A program made the position numbers and the translations under genes. DNA of 64,000 nucleotides from Octopus vulgaris. Lineage: Eukaryota. Shown here piece after piece: positions 14,121-28,249 of the stretch. The stretch lies in contig OX597842.1 in NCBI GenBank assembly GCA_951406725.2, forward strand, positions 3,720,001 through 3,784,000, read 5' to 3'. Every line of letters begins with the position of its first letter. The first letter of the stretch is position 1. The notes under the pieces were generated by a model, which did not search any database, was not told where the DNA came from, and saw only the letters and a list, made by a program, of their open reading frames with translations.

Positions 14121-14481
14121 AATCATAATCAGAAATATTTATTCCAGTACTTTCTGTTCTAATTTCAAACACCACTTTATCTTTCATCCTTTTAGGGGTC
14201 ATAAAATCAGAAGCCAGTGGAGTGTGATGTGAGGGAGATTTGGTTGCTATTTCTACCAGGTCTAGCTACCATGTAGAGGTTTCCCTCACTGGCTCGTACA
14301 AGAGAGTAGGGTGCAACTTGAGGGAGGTTTGGCTGCTATTTCTTACATGACTAGCAACACTTGGAGACCTCCCTTGTAGGTCTCCTTTGGAACTGGCTCT
14401 GAAGATGATGATGATGATGATGATGATGATGGCTATAACAGCAACTTTGTTGGTAAGGGTGTGCTCTCACTGATGTGTGTG

Positions 14482-14575
<94 letters not shown>

Positions 14576-14699
14576 AAGCCTTTGTTGGTCTGTTACGTTT
14601 TCATCCTTTATGCAGCGACCAATGTTAAGACGACGCGTCACACGATCTGGGCAGACGCCATGCGGAAAATTACATCAAGAGAAAGGCTAGTCGCTAGTT

Positions 14700-15590
14700 T
14701 ATATACATATATGTATGTATATCTGTTTATGTGTGTATGTATGTGTGCATGACTGTGTGAGTGTATATATGTGTGTTTGTGCGCGTGTGTGCATAACAGT
14801 GAGTGTACACGTGTGTGTGTACTTGTAAGTGCTTGTGTGTGAGTGCGAGAAAGGGATAGGAGAAGAGAAAGAAAGAAAGAAAGGAAGGAAGGAAGGAAGG
14901 AAGGAAGGAAGGCAAAAAGGAAGGAAGGAAGAAAGAAAGAAGGAAAGAAAGAAAAAAGACTGTAGTGTTGGGAAATATGAGAGAAGGGGTGGACTGAAAG
15001 ACGGAAGGAAGTTGATATGTATGTATGTATGTGTGTATGTATGTATGTGTGTGTATGTATGTATGTATGTGTGTATGTGTGTATGTATGTGTGTATGTAT
15101 GTATGTATGTGTGTGTGTATGTGTGTGTGTGTGTGTGTGTATGTGTGTGTGTGTATGTGTGTGTATGTATGTATGTGTATGTGTGTATGTATGTGTGTAT
15201 GTATGTATGTATGTGTGTGTATGTATGTGTGTGTATGTATGTATGTGTGTATGCATGTATGTATGTATGTGTGTATGTGTGTATGTATTTTTGCATGTAT
15301 GTATGTATATATGTATGTATGTAAGTATGTATGTATGTGTGTATGCATTTATGTATGTATGTGTGTATGTATATATGTGTCTATGTATGTGAGTATGTAT
15401 GTAAGTATGTGTGTATGTATGTAAGTATGTGTGTATGTATGTATGTATGTATATATGTATGCATGTATTTATGTATGTATATATGTATGTATGTATTTAT
15501 GTATGTATGTATGTTTGTATGTATGTATGTACGCACATATATATGTATGTGTGTATGTGTGTATGTATGTGTGTACGTATGTACGTATGC
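14700..15590. repeat. (TATG)n/(TG)n/(GGAA)n simple-repeat block
   Basis: Direct reading. Confidence 0.95.
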
Positions 15591-16328
15591 GTGCGCACGG
15601 CCGCCTGTGTGTGGGTAATCGACTTGACTTACACTCGGGCATGAACATAAAAAATAAGCTGCCTCGCTCTGCCAAGCGATATTGAGCCGGCGTGGCAGAG
15701 TAATCTGATCAAACCATTTTGCAGTCAAGCTCAAATTCACAGCCTCCACATCGGACCGTGGCTGGTGGAGGAATTTGCTGAGGCCTTCGTTCTGCAGCGG
15801 ACCTGAACATTGGCAATCCAATCCAATATATGTACAACGAAACAGAAAATTTCTTTAAAAATACTATCTTACATCATCTGACGGGTATTTCATTAACAAC
15901 GAATAATTTTCAGTCACATAATAATAATAATTGTATAATCCAATTTAAAAACACAAGATATGTAACTCTAATATGTAAGTCCACACTCTCATGCACGTCT
16001 GTGTGTGTTTCGATAGATAGACAGATAGATAGATTAAACTTTCTATGTATAATACTTTCTTATCATATGTATATCGTTGAAAGCTCAACAGCAGCAATGG
16101 TTGTTTGGCATAAGATCACTATATCGACGTGCTATGTTAAAACAATATACTTCAGAGCTAGACGAAAAGAAATCGCTTCTGAAACGACAACGCATTTCGC
16201 CGTTTTTGTGGTTTGTCAGTGTCACACTCACGGGTTACTCCGACACGAAATCGATCCGACCTGTATGAAGTATATAAAAACAGTGAATAAACAAGTCTTT
16301 GGTTTTGCAATGTGTGTGTATAATTTAT

Positions 16329-16369
<41 letters not shown>

Positions 16370-16439
16370 GTGATCGCGTGTGTACCGTTGGCGATTTTTT
16401 TCCTCTGTCTTCCCTTCTCTGGATCTTTCCTTCTCCTAT

Positions 16440-16474
16440 GTTTCCGACGAAGAGCTACGCTCGAAACGTTAAAC
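16440..16474 (+). ncRNA. Minimal Penelope-type hammerhead with one core substitution, in a short element of about 16370-16575
   Basis: GTTT CCGACGA A GAGC-TAC-GCTC GAAAC GTT^ AAAC. Loopless palindromic stem III AACGTT. U4 changed to C. Confidence 0.7.
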
Positions 16475-16571
16475 CCTCCCTTCTTTCCTTCTTTTCTGAG
16501 CGTCCAATAATACTATATTTGTTCCACGTCCTCGCGTTGTTGTGTTTTTTTGTGCTTTCTTGTTTGGATTA

Positions 16572-16609
<38 letters not shown>

Positions 16610-16613
<4 letters not shown>

Positions 16614-16735
16614 CAAAATAAGCAACAAGGATATCCAGAGGTAATGAAGTACGATCGTTTCATGTGACTCCATTTAATTGAACAATGCAATCATTTCATT
16701 ACATCAATTTAAAATGTAAAGCAATCTTCAGATAC
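16610..16735 (-). mobile_element. Diverged relative of the 4554-4680 hammerhead element
   Basis: Shares AATCAAAATAAGCAACAAG...GTACGATCGTTTC and has TCTTCAG at 16725. Stems I and II are decayed. Confidence 0.6.
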
Positions 16736-16846
16736 ACAAAAACATAGAATTTAATTAAATTAGGACACATTAGTATAATTTTACCTAAAATCTCCAAGAG
16801 AATAAGGAGATAGACAAAAAACATGTTTTACCTACAGAGTTACAAC

Positions 16847-16877
<31 letters not shown>

Positions 16878-16885
16878 TGTGTGTG

Positions 16886-16920
<35 letters not shown>

Positions 16921-17076
16921 GTATAGGGTATGTAGATGTGTGATGAGTGTATAATTAGTTTCTTTTTTCGAGTGTGAATGTATAATATTACGAAAATACT
17001 TAATCCATGTCAGAATATATATATATACCACCAGAAATACAATTAAAAGAGGTAAGACTTCAATGTGTGTGTGTAT

Positions 17077-17880
17077 GTTAAATTCCAAACCCCTATTAGG
17101 GATAAAATATCGAAGGGAATATATTTAATCTAAGTTGTACCTGCTGAAGAAGACTTCACCTAGCAAATTATTTTATTTGCTAAAAAAAGTCTGAAGGAGT
17201 TAGATGGTAAATGTTTTTATTTTTTATTCCCTTCGATATTTTATCCCTAATTGTTGTTTGGAATTTACCTGTCCTCTCTAGCGTGCAAGGAATCCTATGA
17301 TGGATGCCTCTTATGTGTTTCATTGTACATTGTATTCATATGAATAATATATAGGCTATTGACTAAATTTTTACACGCTAAGCCACTGGTAATGGAAATT
17401 TCAAATATTTCTAATTACTCTTGATATTAATAATTATTGATAATTTTTCTAGGATAATTTTCGAAATGAAAAAGCCGGCATTTTATTTACTGCCGACAAG
17501 GAATTGCGCTTGCGCGGTAGATTTGAAAAATTAGAATGTATAAGCACGGGACATATACTGGATTGCTTCGAGTATATATATTTAATCTAAGGTGTACCTG
17601 CTGAAGAAGAAATCGCCTAGCAATTTATTTTATTTGCTAAAAAAACATCTGAAACCATTGGTCCAGGAGTTAGATGGTAATTGTTTTTATTTTTCATTCC
17701 CTTCGATATTTTATCCCTAATAGTGGTTTGGAATTTAACTGTTCTCTCTAGCATGCAAGGAGTCCAATGATGGATGCTTCTTATGTGTTTAAATGTACAC
17801 TATATTTATATGAATAATATATAGTCTATTGACTAATTTCTAATATTTCTGATTACCCTTTGAAATTATTAATTATATTA
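17077..17880 (+). mobile_element. Retrozyme/Penelope pLTR-like tandem element, 457-bp period
   Basis: Units start at about 17120 and 17577, each with a hammerhead. 17077-17120 is the inverse of 17697-17739. No ORF. Confidence 0.8.
17585..17675 (+). ncRNA. Type I hammerhead ribozyme, catalytic core intact
   Basis: ATCTAA-GGTGTA-CCTG CTGAAGA AGA...TCT GAAAC CATTG GTC^ CAGG-AG-TTAGAT. Predicted cleavage after 17663. Confidence 0.85.
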
Positions 17881-17904
17881 TATATATAATAAGTATGTGT
17901 GTGT

Positions 17905-17950
<46 letters not shown>

Positions 17951-18199
17951 TCGCGCCTTCATGCGTTTGTTACATTCGTCCTGTTTGCGCATTTGAACCA
18001 AACGTGAGCAAATGAGTTTTAATCCAGTAAAAATTCCACATCATTAATTTGATATTTAATATTCATAAACACCCATCCACACACATTCACACAGGAAACA
18101 CACATAAATCACATACGCATATACACACATTAATACAACACTAATGAAAGCCAAAATACATATTCATAAGAAACTAACACACCGGTAGAACCCATCGAA

Positions 18200-18259
<60 letters not shown>

Positions 18260-18874
18260 GCAACATTCCTCCCTACTATACACACACAAGCACACACACA
18301 GATACATATATGCAACAACATGCCTCCCAAGTACACACACACACATATACACATACACATATACACAGACACAGAGAAACACACAAATACTCAGGCACTC
18401 ACACACACAGACGCGTATAGGTAACAACGTGCATCCCAAATACGCAAAAACATACTGAAATACACGAATTTACACTAAACCGCGTGCACACACGCGCGCA
18501 CACACATACACACACATACACATAAACACAGAGATAGATACACACATATACACACAACCATATGCAACCCCTCCCCACACATGCACCAACATTCCTCTCA
18601 AATACAAACTCATAGAGAAACACACACACACACGCGCGCGCAAAATTGCCCTTAAAATTCACGGAAACCACTGCAGTAAAATTCTTTAGAAATTGACGGT
18701 TAAGACCGTCGCACACTCATCAACGCGTAGACAGACTAGGAGAGAGAGAGGGAGAGAGAGAAAGACCCTTCTTTGTACCAAACTCCCTTCGTCACCTCTA
18801 AACGCCAACAAAAATATTACTACATATTGATGACTTCAAACATCACAGACGCCATTAAATATAACATAACAACG

Positions 18875-19180
18875 AACCACACGGTTCCAGGTTCATTCCC
18901 ACTGCGTGGCACCTTGGGCAAGTGTCTTCTACTATAGCCTCAGGCTGACCAAAGCCTTGTGAGTGGATTTGGTAGACGGAAACTGAAAGAAGCCTGTCAT
19001 ATGTTAGCGAGCATGTGTGTGTGCGTATGTGTGATGTTATGTGTGTGTGTATTTGTGTGTTTGTGTTTGTCCCCTCAGCATCACTTGATAACCGATGTTG
19101 ATGTGTTTACGTTCCCGTTACTTAGCGGTCCAGCATGGCCGCAGTCAAATGACTGAAACAAGTAAAAGAGTAAAAAAGAG
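18875..19180 (+). mobile_element. SINE family A, internally deleted
   Basis: Matches family A. Confidence 0.85.
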
Positions 19181-19200
19181 TGTGTACATATATGAATAGA

Positions 19201-19278
<78 letters not shown>

Positions 19279-19943
19279 ATATATATGCATGCATGATTGT
19301 ACTGTTATCTGTGAGTGCGGCCTTTGTGTTTGTGTTTGTCCCCGATCACCATTTTGACAACCGGTGTCGGTTTGTTTACGGGAAAAACTCCGATAGAATA
19401 AATACTACACTTAAAAAACGCACAAGAAGTCCTGGGTTCGATTCATTCGACCAAAACCCTTCAAGACATTGCCGTATCATGGCCGCAGTTTAATTACAGA
19501 AACAAGCGAAGATAAAATATACCAAATATCAGACTCTCAAACACTCCCTGTATTCACACACACACACAAAATCCTGTTCTCATAAGAATCTTTGACCCTT
19601 TCAAAAATTCCTTTTGAAAATATTCTTGAAAAATACGGATATCACACTTACAGCCCTCTAAAATTCGTATCAAGCTCGCCTCACACACATGCACGCTGCA
19701 TGTACACACTCACACACACATATATACACACACACACACACACACACCACAGAAACCCACTGTCATACATACTTAAAAGTCCCAATAGAATTCACCGCAA
19801 TCCCCTGCAAAACTACCCTTAGAATATAATGTCTATCAGTGTAACAAATCCCTAAACACCACCCCAAATACACACACACATACACACATAAATATACACA
19901 CACAAGAAAACCGCTTCCACTTACACACAAACACACACACAAA

Positions 19944-20258
19944 TCTCCCTGTTAAAATCCCTGTGAATTTCCTATAAAGACGAGGCGATTGAACCGCAAA
20001 CTCCCCCGAACCACCAATACCCCAAGGCAAAATCCCCTAAAAGAACACACACACACACACACACACGTACACAAGTACACAAACAAACACACACGCGTAA
20101 CCCTCCTCACATTACACACATATATGCACGCACACATACATACACACAGACGTCCCTGTAAAAAATCATCAGAATTCCCTATAAAAACGAGGCGACTGAA
20201 GCACCGACTCCCCACCAGACATCAATCCCCGAAGACAAAATCCCTTAAAAGAGCGTAT
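19944..20258. repeat. Diverged tandem duplication, period about 208 bp
   Basis: GAATT.CCTATAAA.ACGAGGCGA.TGAA.C...ACTCCCC...CAAAATCCC.TAAAAGA occurs twice. Confidence 0.8.
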
Positions 20259-20469
20259 ACACATATTTAATCACAGACATACACCTGCACACGCGCATTT
20301 CACATCGCTGCTACTATACACCCTAACCAGTTATGGGTGTACAATAAGTTACAGCTTTCGTCCGTCACCTGTGCTTCAAATCATGCAGTTACGCAGTAAA
20401 ACGGAGAGGTCGTTGATGGAGCGTCAGAAATGACATTGGCATGAAATATTGAAATAAAACTAAATAACG

Positions 20470-21232
20470 AAATACATACATACTTGCATACATGCGTGCT
20501 ACATGTATGCATTCCTGTATAAATGCATACATACATGCATACATACATACATATATACATTCATACGTACGTACAGACATGCATACATGCATACATGCAT
20601 TCATACATACAAACATACATACATAATGCATGCATACATACATAGATACATACATGCATTCATAATACGTACATATATGTATACATGCATTCATATATAC
20701 ACACATATATACATGTATTGATGCACACATACATACATACATACATACATGCATACATACATGCATACATACATACATACATACATACATACATAAATAC
20801 ATAAATACATACATACATACAGATACATACATACATACATACATACATACATACATACATACATACATACATACATACATACATACATACATACAAATAT
20901 ACATATATACATACAAACATACATACATACATGCATACATGCATACATACATACATACTACATACATACAAACATACATACATACATACAAATATACATA
21001 TATACATACAAACATACATACATACATGCATACATGCATACATACATACATACTACATACATACAAACATACATACATACATACAAATATACATATATAC
21101 ATACAAACATACATACATACATGCATACATGCATACATACATACATAAATACATACATACATGCATACATACATACATACATACATAAATACATACATAC
21201 ATACATACATACATACATACATACATACATAC
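20470..21232. repeat. (CATA)n with higher-order duplications
   Basis: Direct reading. Confidence 0.95.
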
Positions 21233-21802
21233 AGTAATAAAAAGACATTTTAACATGCTATGAAGCATACGTGGTGGCATTCCATATGAGCAAGGGGATG
21301 CAGAAATACTTTGGGTTCGTGTCAGGGTGAGCAATGAAACTACTGAGTGTGAGGGGCCGCTAGCTTTTATCACAGCATCCTTCTAGGAGTGGGACATTCT
21401 GATGTAAAATCTGCGGCTTCATGCGGTTTCTGGTAATCTCGCTTCGATCTGTCACCAGGTACAATGCGCAGACACTCAGAGAGTGGCATCCATGTTGTAT
21501 AGGCGTTTATCGCTATAATCCAATGACGTACAGATGTCTCTTTGGGGTGACTTCATTTGTCATTGCGTCCGCTGAAGGGCCTATGGCGATGAAAGAACAT
21601 CGACGTTTGCAGACCTAACCGGTAGGGGGCGTAGAGTGAGTTACAGCTTTCGTCTGTCCTCTTCGCTTCAAACCATGCAGATCTGCAACGGGTTTGAAGA
21701 GTAACCTGAGAGGTCACGGACGGAAAGCCAGAAATGCCATTGACAACGAGGTAACACAAGGATATGAAAACCATCTGTGGAGATGGAGCAATCACCATAT
21801 AA

Positions 21803-21911
<109 letters not shown>

Positions 21912-22003
21912 CACATACATATATACATGTATATATATACATACACATACATATACACGTGTATATAAATACATGTCTTTACATATATGAATATATGAAT
22001 GTC

Positions 22004-22047
<44 letters not shown>

Positions 22048-22151
22048 TATATATGTGTATATATATATTCTTTTAATCTTTTAAACGTTTCAGCCTTGCT
22101 ATTGTGATCATGCTGGAGCACAATCGTGAAAAGTAGCTACATACGCATAAC

Positions 22152-22191
<40 letters not shown>

Positions 22192-22809
22192 AACTCACAT
22201 GCATACACACACGAATATACTCACTCTCACATACATACAGGAACACTTTAAAAAAAAAAGAAGCAACATTTATGAAAGCACTCAAGAGAAAGCTCCACCC
22301 CTCATACATACTCGTATAAGATAAGTAGGAAAAAATAGAGACTCTTAAAGACCGCATATATAGACATACATACACGCTCAGACACACACTCACACTCACA
22401 CACAGACAACCACTTCTCATCTCCTATCTACAAAAAAATAACAAAGAAAAAAACAAAAAATAAAAGCAAGAAACAGAACAACAACGAATACAGCAAGAGC
22501 GAAACGTATGTTTTTTACATTTCCATCGAAGCGAAACCCAAATCACATGTGAAAAATGTTCCTAGGAGTCCCCTCAACCCCAAAGGAACAGCCAACCATG
22601 CGTGAGTAACGGTATCCCTTTGCTGCGTACACTGGATAAGCTGTCTGATCCCTAACGGATTGGGTTCGGTTACCGGGTGAGAAGGGGGGGTAAACGGATG
22701 ATGGTGGTGGTGTTGGTGGTGGTGGTGGTGGTGGTGGTGGTAGAGGAGTAATGCTTCCATTTACTTCCATGTTAAACAACATGTATTTTGTATGTGCCTG
22801 GTGTGTGTT

Positions 22810-22996
22810 CATACGTGTATGTATATGTTACTTTGAATACGTATGTATGTATGTATATGTGTTTGCGTGTGCCAATGCGTATTTATAAACGGTATATATA
22901 TATACATATATAATATAGACATATATAAACAAATATATATATATATGTATATATATGTATAAGACATACATAGAAATATACCCATCTGTGTTGTAC

Positions 22997-23038
<42 letters not shown>

Positions 23039-23117
23039 ATGTTTATATATATATATGTGTATATGTACATATATATATGTAAATATATATGTGTGTGTGC
23101 ATGTATATATATACATA

Positions 23118-23159
<42 letters not shown>

Positions 23160-23189
23160 TGTATATATGTATATATATGTATATATATG

Positions 23190-23266
<77 letters not shown>

Positions 23267-23289
23267 GTATTATATATATATATATATAT

Positions 23290-23338
<49 letters not shown>

Positions 23339-23343
23339 GTATA

Positions 23344-23380
<37 letters not shown>
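22810..23380. repeat. (TA)n/(TATG)n block
   Basis: Direct reading. Confidence 0.95.
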
Positions 23381-23422
23381 AAATCTCTCTCTCTCTCATT
23401 TTCCTCCTCTCTCTCTCTCTAT

Positions 23423-23680
23423 GTGGCTGTGTGGTAAGATGTTTACTTCCGAACCGCATGTTTCCGGGTTCAGTCAGTCCCACTGCACGGCACGTTGGAC
23501 ATATATCTTTTACAATAGCCTCGGGCTGACCAAAGCCTTGACAGTCGATTTGGTAGACGAAAACAAAAAGAAGCCCGTCATATATATATGTATGTATTTT
23601 TGTGCCTATTTTCCCCCCACCTCACCATCGCTTGAAAACCGATGTTGGGGTGTTTAGGTGCCTGTAACTTAGCGGTTTTA
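23423..23680 (+). mobile_element. SINE family A, diverged and 3'-truncated
   Basis: GTGGCTGTGTGGTAAG head and family A body. Confidence 0.8.
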
Positions 23681-25039
23681 TTACTTACATGTTTGCATTA
23701 ACATATATATATAATTTTAAAATTAATGTTGATATTAGGCTAGTTCTTCAGGTTACAAGAAATCCAAGTTAAAAATATTACCTCAACATAACGCTTCAAA
23801 TACGCATATATATGTATATATAAAAGAAAATTATTTCAATGCCAATATGCGATAACAGACTATTAAATCGTCAATTTCCACATATTATTTACTCGCTACA
23901 GAAAAAACACGAAGAACTGAAATCGGGCAAGCCGGCCGATAGAATTTTTTTTAAAAGTTCGTTATTTCTATATGGAATCAATTTCGGAATTAATCTCATA
24001 TATATATATAAATGTTCTTTCTCTAACATTTTATACAGTTCAACGGACACAAGTAAATGGGTGGAAAACAAAATAGGAATTTTGAAAGAAATGTCTATAG
24101 AAAAAGATTTTTAACATGAAATGGCTCTGGGAGTCCAAAAGAATAAAGTAGTCCATTGGTTAAAAAAATGGTTGAGAATTCCTGTCTTTAGAGGGAAAGC
24201 ATTTTATCAATTGTGAAGAGATTAAAGATATTCAGAGTTTCTTCGTTTTGAAATGGAAAAAAATTAACATCCGAGGGATCAACAGTATCCGAGTAGACAG
24301 GATACTGTTATCGATATTTGCCGATAGGATACTGTTATCGATAATGAGGGGAAATGATGGACCAAAGAAAGATCTGTTTCTTTCCCGTTTGGAAATGTGA
24401 CAGGACTTTCTTTCCAACCTGAAACAAATGCATTGCTGCTTCTTTGAGTCTTGCATTTGTGTCGAGGAAGAACGATTCTAGCAACTCGTGCCAAGGGAAT
24501 GGCTTATTGGCTGTTAATACTACAAGATGGCTTTCTGTATTTGCGTTGCTTCCGAGACATCCGTCGCACACACGCACACTCTCACACATACACATACGTA
24601 CACATACGCACACGCATATACACATACGTCACGAACATTCTCACACACTCACACATACGCTCATATATATGTATGTATATTCAGTGTCTATGTTTGTGTG
24701 TACATGAGGGTGTGTGAGAGAGGCAGATAGACAGAATGACAGACAGATAGACAGAAAGAAAGAAACAGAGAAATGAACAGACTGACATAAAGAGAGAGAG
24801 AGAGACAGAAAGAAGGAGGGAGAGAAAGAGGGAGAGAGAGCGCGACAGCGAGAGAGAGAGACATACATACAGAAAGAGAGAAAGAGACAGACAGTCAGAA
24901 AGAGAGAGAGACAGAAAAAAAGAGGGAAAGAGGGAGGAAGAGTGAGAGAAAGAAAGAGAGAGAGAGAAAGGAAGAGAGAAAGAGAAAGGAAGAGAGAGAG
25001 AGAAAAGAAGAGAGAGAGGTGGGGAGCGCAGGCAACCGA

Positions 25040-25861
25040 CACAAATACACACTCTTACGAACAGGACTAGGTATATATATACACAATTATAACAAAAGTC
25101 GTTTTGTGAATTCATATTTGCATCTCTGGTTATACACACATGAAGTTTATCGAATAATGTAGAAACTATTTTACTTCATTATAGAAATCTCTAGAAAATA
25201 TTAACAAGCCTTTTAATAACAAAAGATTTATCTTTTATTAAAATTCTTACCACATATACACCAAAGTCCCGGCTACATGCAAACAAGTAAACCAAAAGAC
25301 GTATGGCCACTTCTGAAGTTTATCAAACAAAATAACGAAGAAACTGTTTTACTTTATTATAATAAATCTCTAGAAAATATTATCAAGCCTTTTAATAACA
25401 AAAGATTAATGTTTTATAAAAATTCTTACCAAGTTTACAGCGAAAGTCTCTCGAAATTCTTATGACTATTTGTTGAGTAAACTTTATTTCGTGTTCATCA
25501 TTTTTATTCTTGTTTAACGTCGCCATTCTCTTTACACTCACACAATTGTTTATTGAAATAAAATATATTCTGTGTGAATCTGTGGAGAGTGAAGAAGGGA
25601 AGATATTTCTGGTTGGAACCCCCAGGTTTTCTGTCCTGAAATGGCCTGGTTAAGAATTCATCCGGGTAGAGGAACACTACCGGACACCTTGTAACTATGT
25701 TATGCTACCAACCAGCATGTTACATTGGGTGTTTAAGAAGTCAAAGGTGCATAAAATATCCCCCACAAACATCAAAAACAAGGTGAAGATGACTGTCACT
25801 TCACACTAGTCCTCAGATGTTTGGGTACGCCCCCTGGCGCACACATTCCCTAGCCTCTAAT
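25040..25861 (-). repeat. Inverted segmental duplicate, copy 1 (partner 56448-57510)
   Basis: 25599-25861 is the reverse complement of 56448-56709 with about 1 mismatch. Outer flanks align but are diverged. Local tandem duplication at about 25140-25265 / 25313-25440. Confidence 0.92.
25599..25861 (-). ncRNA. Candidate structured non-coding RNA, family unknown
   Basis: Near-perfect conservation between copies, G-U-containing helices that favour this strand, no ORF, AATAAA downstream. Confidence 0.45.
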
Positions 25862-26059
25862 CACCGCCAAAGGTTGAAAGAGACTGAAGACTTTTGGAAA
25901 GGAAAATTCTGGAGAAAACGTTTACAGTTATTGTGACGTCATAATGACAAAATGCAAGAATTGAAAATTCTTTGGACAAGACGCAAGATTTTCAAACACG
26001 AAACACGTTCACATATACATATGCTTGCACAGAAACAAACACACCAACACACTCACACT

Positions 26060-26090
26060 CACACATACATACATACATACATACATACAT

Positions 26091-26121
<31 letters not shown>

Positions 26122-26787
26122 TACATACATACATACATACATACATACATACATACATACATACATACATGCATACATACATACATACATACATAAATAC
26201 ATACATGCATACATACATACATACATACATACATACATACATACATACATACATACATACATACACACACATACATACATACATACATACATACATACAT
26301 ACATACATAAATACATACATACATACATACATACATACACACACACATACATACATACACACACACACATACATACATACATACATACACACACACATAC
26401 ATACATACATACATACATACATAAATACATACATAAATACATACATACATACATACATACATACATACATACATACATACATACATACATACATACATAC
26501 ACACACACACATACATACATACATACATACATACATACATACATACATAAATACATACATACATACATACATACATACATACATACATACATACATACAT
26601 ACATACACACACATACATACATACATACATACATACATAAATACATACATAAATACATACATACATACATACATACATACATACATACATACATACATAC
26701 ATACATACACACACACACATACATACATACATACATACATACATACATACATAAATACATACATGCATACATACATACATACATACA
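26060..26787. repeat. (CATA)n microsatellite
   Basis: Direct reading. Confidence 0.97.
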
Positions 26788-26921
26788 TGTGTGTGGTGTG
26801 TGTAAGTGCGTTTGTCTGTGTGTAACTGTGTGTGCGCGCGCGTGAGGAAACTTAAGCGGGTACATCCGTAAAGATCCCGGACAGCCAATGTAGGTTCTAT
26901 TTTATATCTGACAGGACACAC

Positions 26922-27190
26922 GGGCATATGGCGTAGTTGTTAAGAGTGCGGGCTACTAACCCCAAGATTCCGAGTTCTATTCCAAACTGTAACCTGAACA
27001 ACAACAACAACAATAACACTAATAATAATAATGATAATAATAACATCGAAAAATACCTTAGGAATGAGAACCCAGGTTCGAAATTTCCCCAAGACACCTG
27101 AAGAAGGCTGGAGGGTAAACAAGACACCAGAAGAAGGCTGAAGAGTAAACAAGATTCGTCAAATGTAACTAATATAAATAATGTAAATAA
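26922..27190 (+). mobile_element. tRNA-headed SINE with a Penelope/hammerhead-type tail (deleted copy)
   Basis: A box TGGCGTAGTTG, B box GAGTTCTATTCC, anticodon-like stem GGG-CTACTAA-CCC. Tail ACAC CTGAAGA AGGCTGGAGGGTA...ATGTAAATAA is homologous to 11435-11524. Confidence 0.65.
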
Positions 27191-27429
27191 AGGACCCTCT
27201 TTAATAAAAATATACTTAGAAAACCCTTTGAATTTTCAAAAAGCTCCACATTTCGACGTCTCTTGAAATCATTCTTGGAAGTAATTGTAAAATTATGACT
27301 TCGATATCCGCAAGCATTCGTTTAGGGTACGCATCCATACAGAGGACCAATGGATCACCACTGATCTCACCCACATTACACCTTTCATGCATTAGAACCT
27401 ACGAAACTTTTGCCGCACAATGATATACA

Positions 27430-27725
27430 CCCGCCTTAGCTATTCCGGAGTACAGGCTGGCGTTGATGGTTGCACCGTCCAGGACGAACTCGTACTGAAT
27501 CATCCCCTCATAATTCCAGCAGACGCAGCATATCGCCATTTGTTGGAAACATCCATATTAGGACAAAGGTTCCAGAAGCTGACCCTTGCTTTATGACCCA
27601 CTATTTATTGTTACATGTTAGGATTGCGGCAAAATGTCTCAGTCCGATTATCACTTGTTCCGATCCATGGCTCACTTCCTCGACTCGTTACGCTCCATCA
27701 ACCAGAATCGGGTGGAAAATTTTGT
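27430..27725 (-). mobile_element. mariner transposase remnant
   Basis: Minus strand reads CVCWNYEGMIQYEFVLDGATINASLYS, matching the mariner motif M.CVWW..G+++YE.....T+NA..Y. Confidence 0.75.
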
Positions 27726-27865
27726 GAAAGAGTTCTTCGTCTCGAAGGACAAAAACCCTTAGCATATATATGTATATGCATATACATGCATATACATACA
27801 TATACATATACACAGACACATACACATACACATATACATATGTATATTTATGTATGTGTGTGTAT

Positions 27866-27961
<96 letters not shown>

Positions 27962-28249
27962 TTCTTTCATCCTTTGTTTGTTTTAGTCATTGGACTACGG
28001 CCATGCTGGGGACACCACTTTGAAGTATTTAGTCGAAGAAATCACTCCCAGTACTTAATTTTTAAGTCTGGTAATTTATTCAGCCAGTCACTAGTGCCGA
28101 ATGGGTTAGTTACTGGGACGTAAACAAACCAGTACCGTTTTCCAGGGGTGGTGGGTGAACAAACACAGACACAAACACGCACGCACATACACACACACGC
28201 ACACACATATGCACACACATACACATAAGTTTTTGTTTTTCTTATTGTG

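Noticed and set aside
21553-21800. Possible gypsy integrase fragment on the minus strand
   Set aside because: Only a vague resemblance, with no HHCC or DDE motifs.
24279-24494. 71-aa ORF with a repeated SITVS
   Set aside because: It comes from a 17-bp local duplication (GGATACTGTTATCGATA) and I see no homology.
25878-25915. Hammerhead-like CTGAAGA CTTT/AAAG GAAA ATTC beside the conserved block
   Set aside because: Stem I does not pair beyond 1 bp, so it is probably chance.
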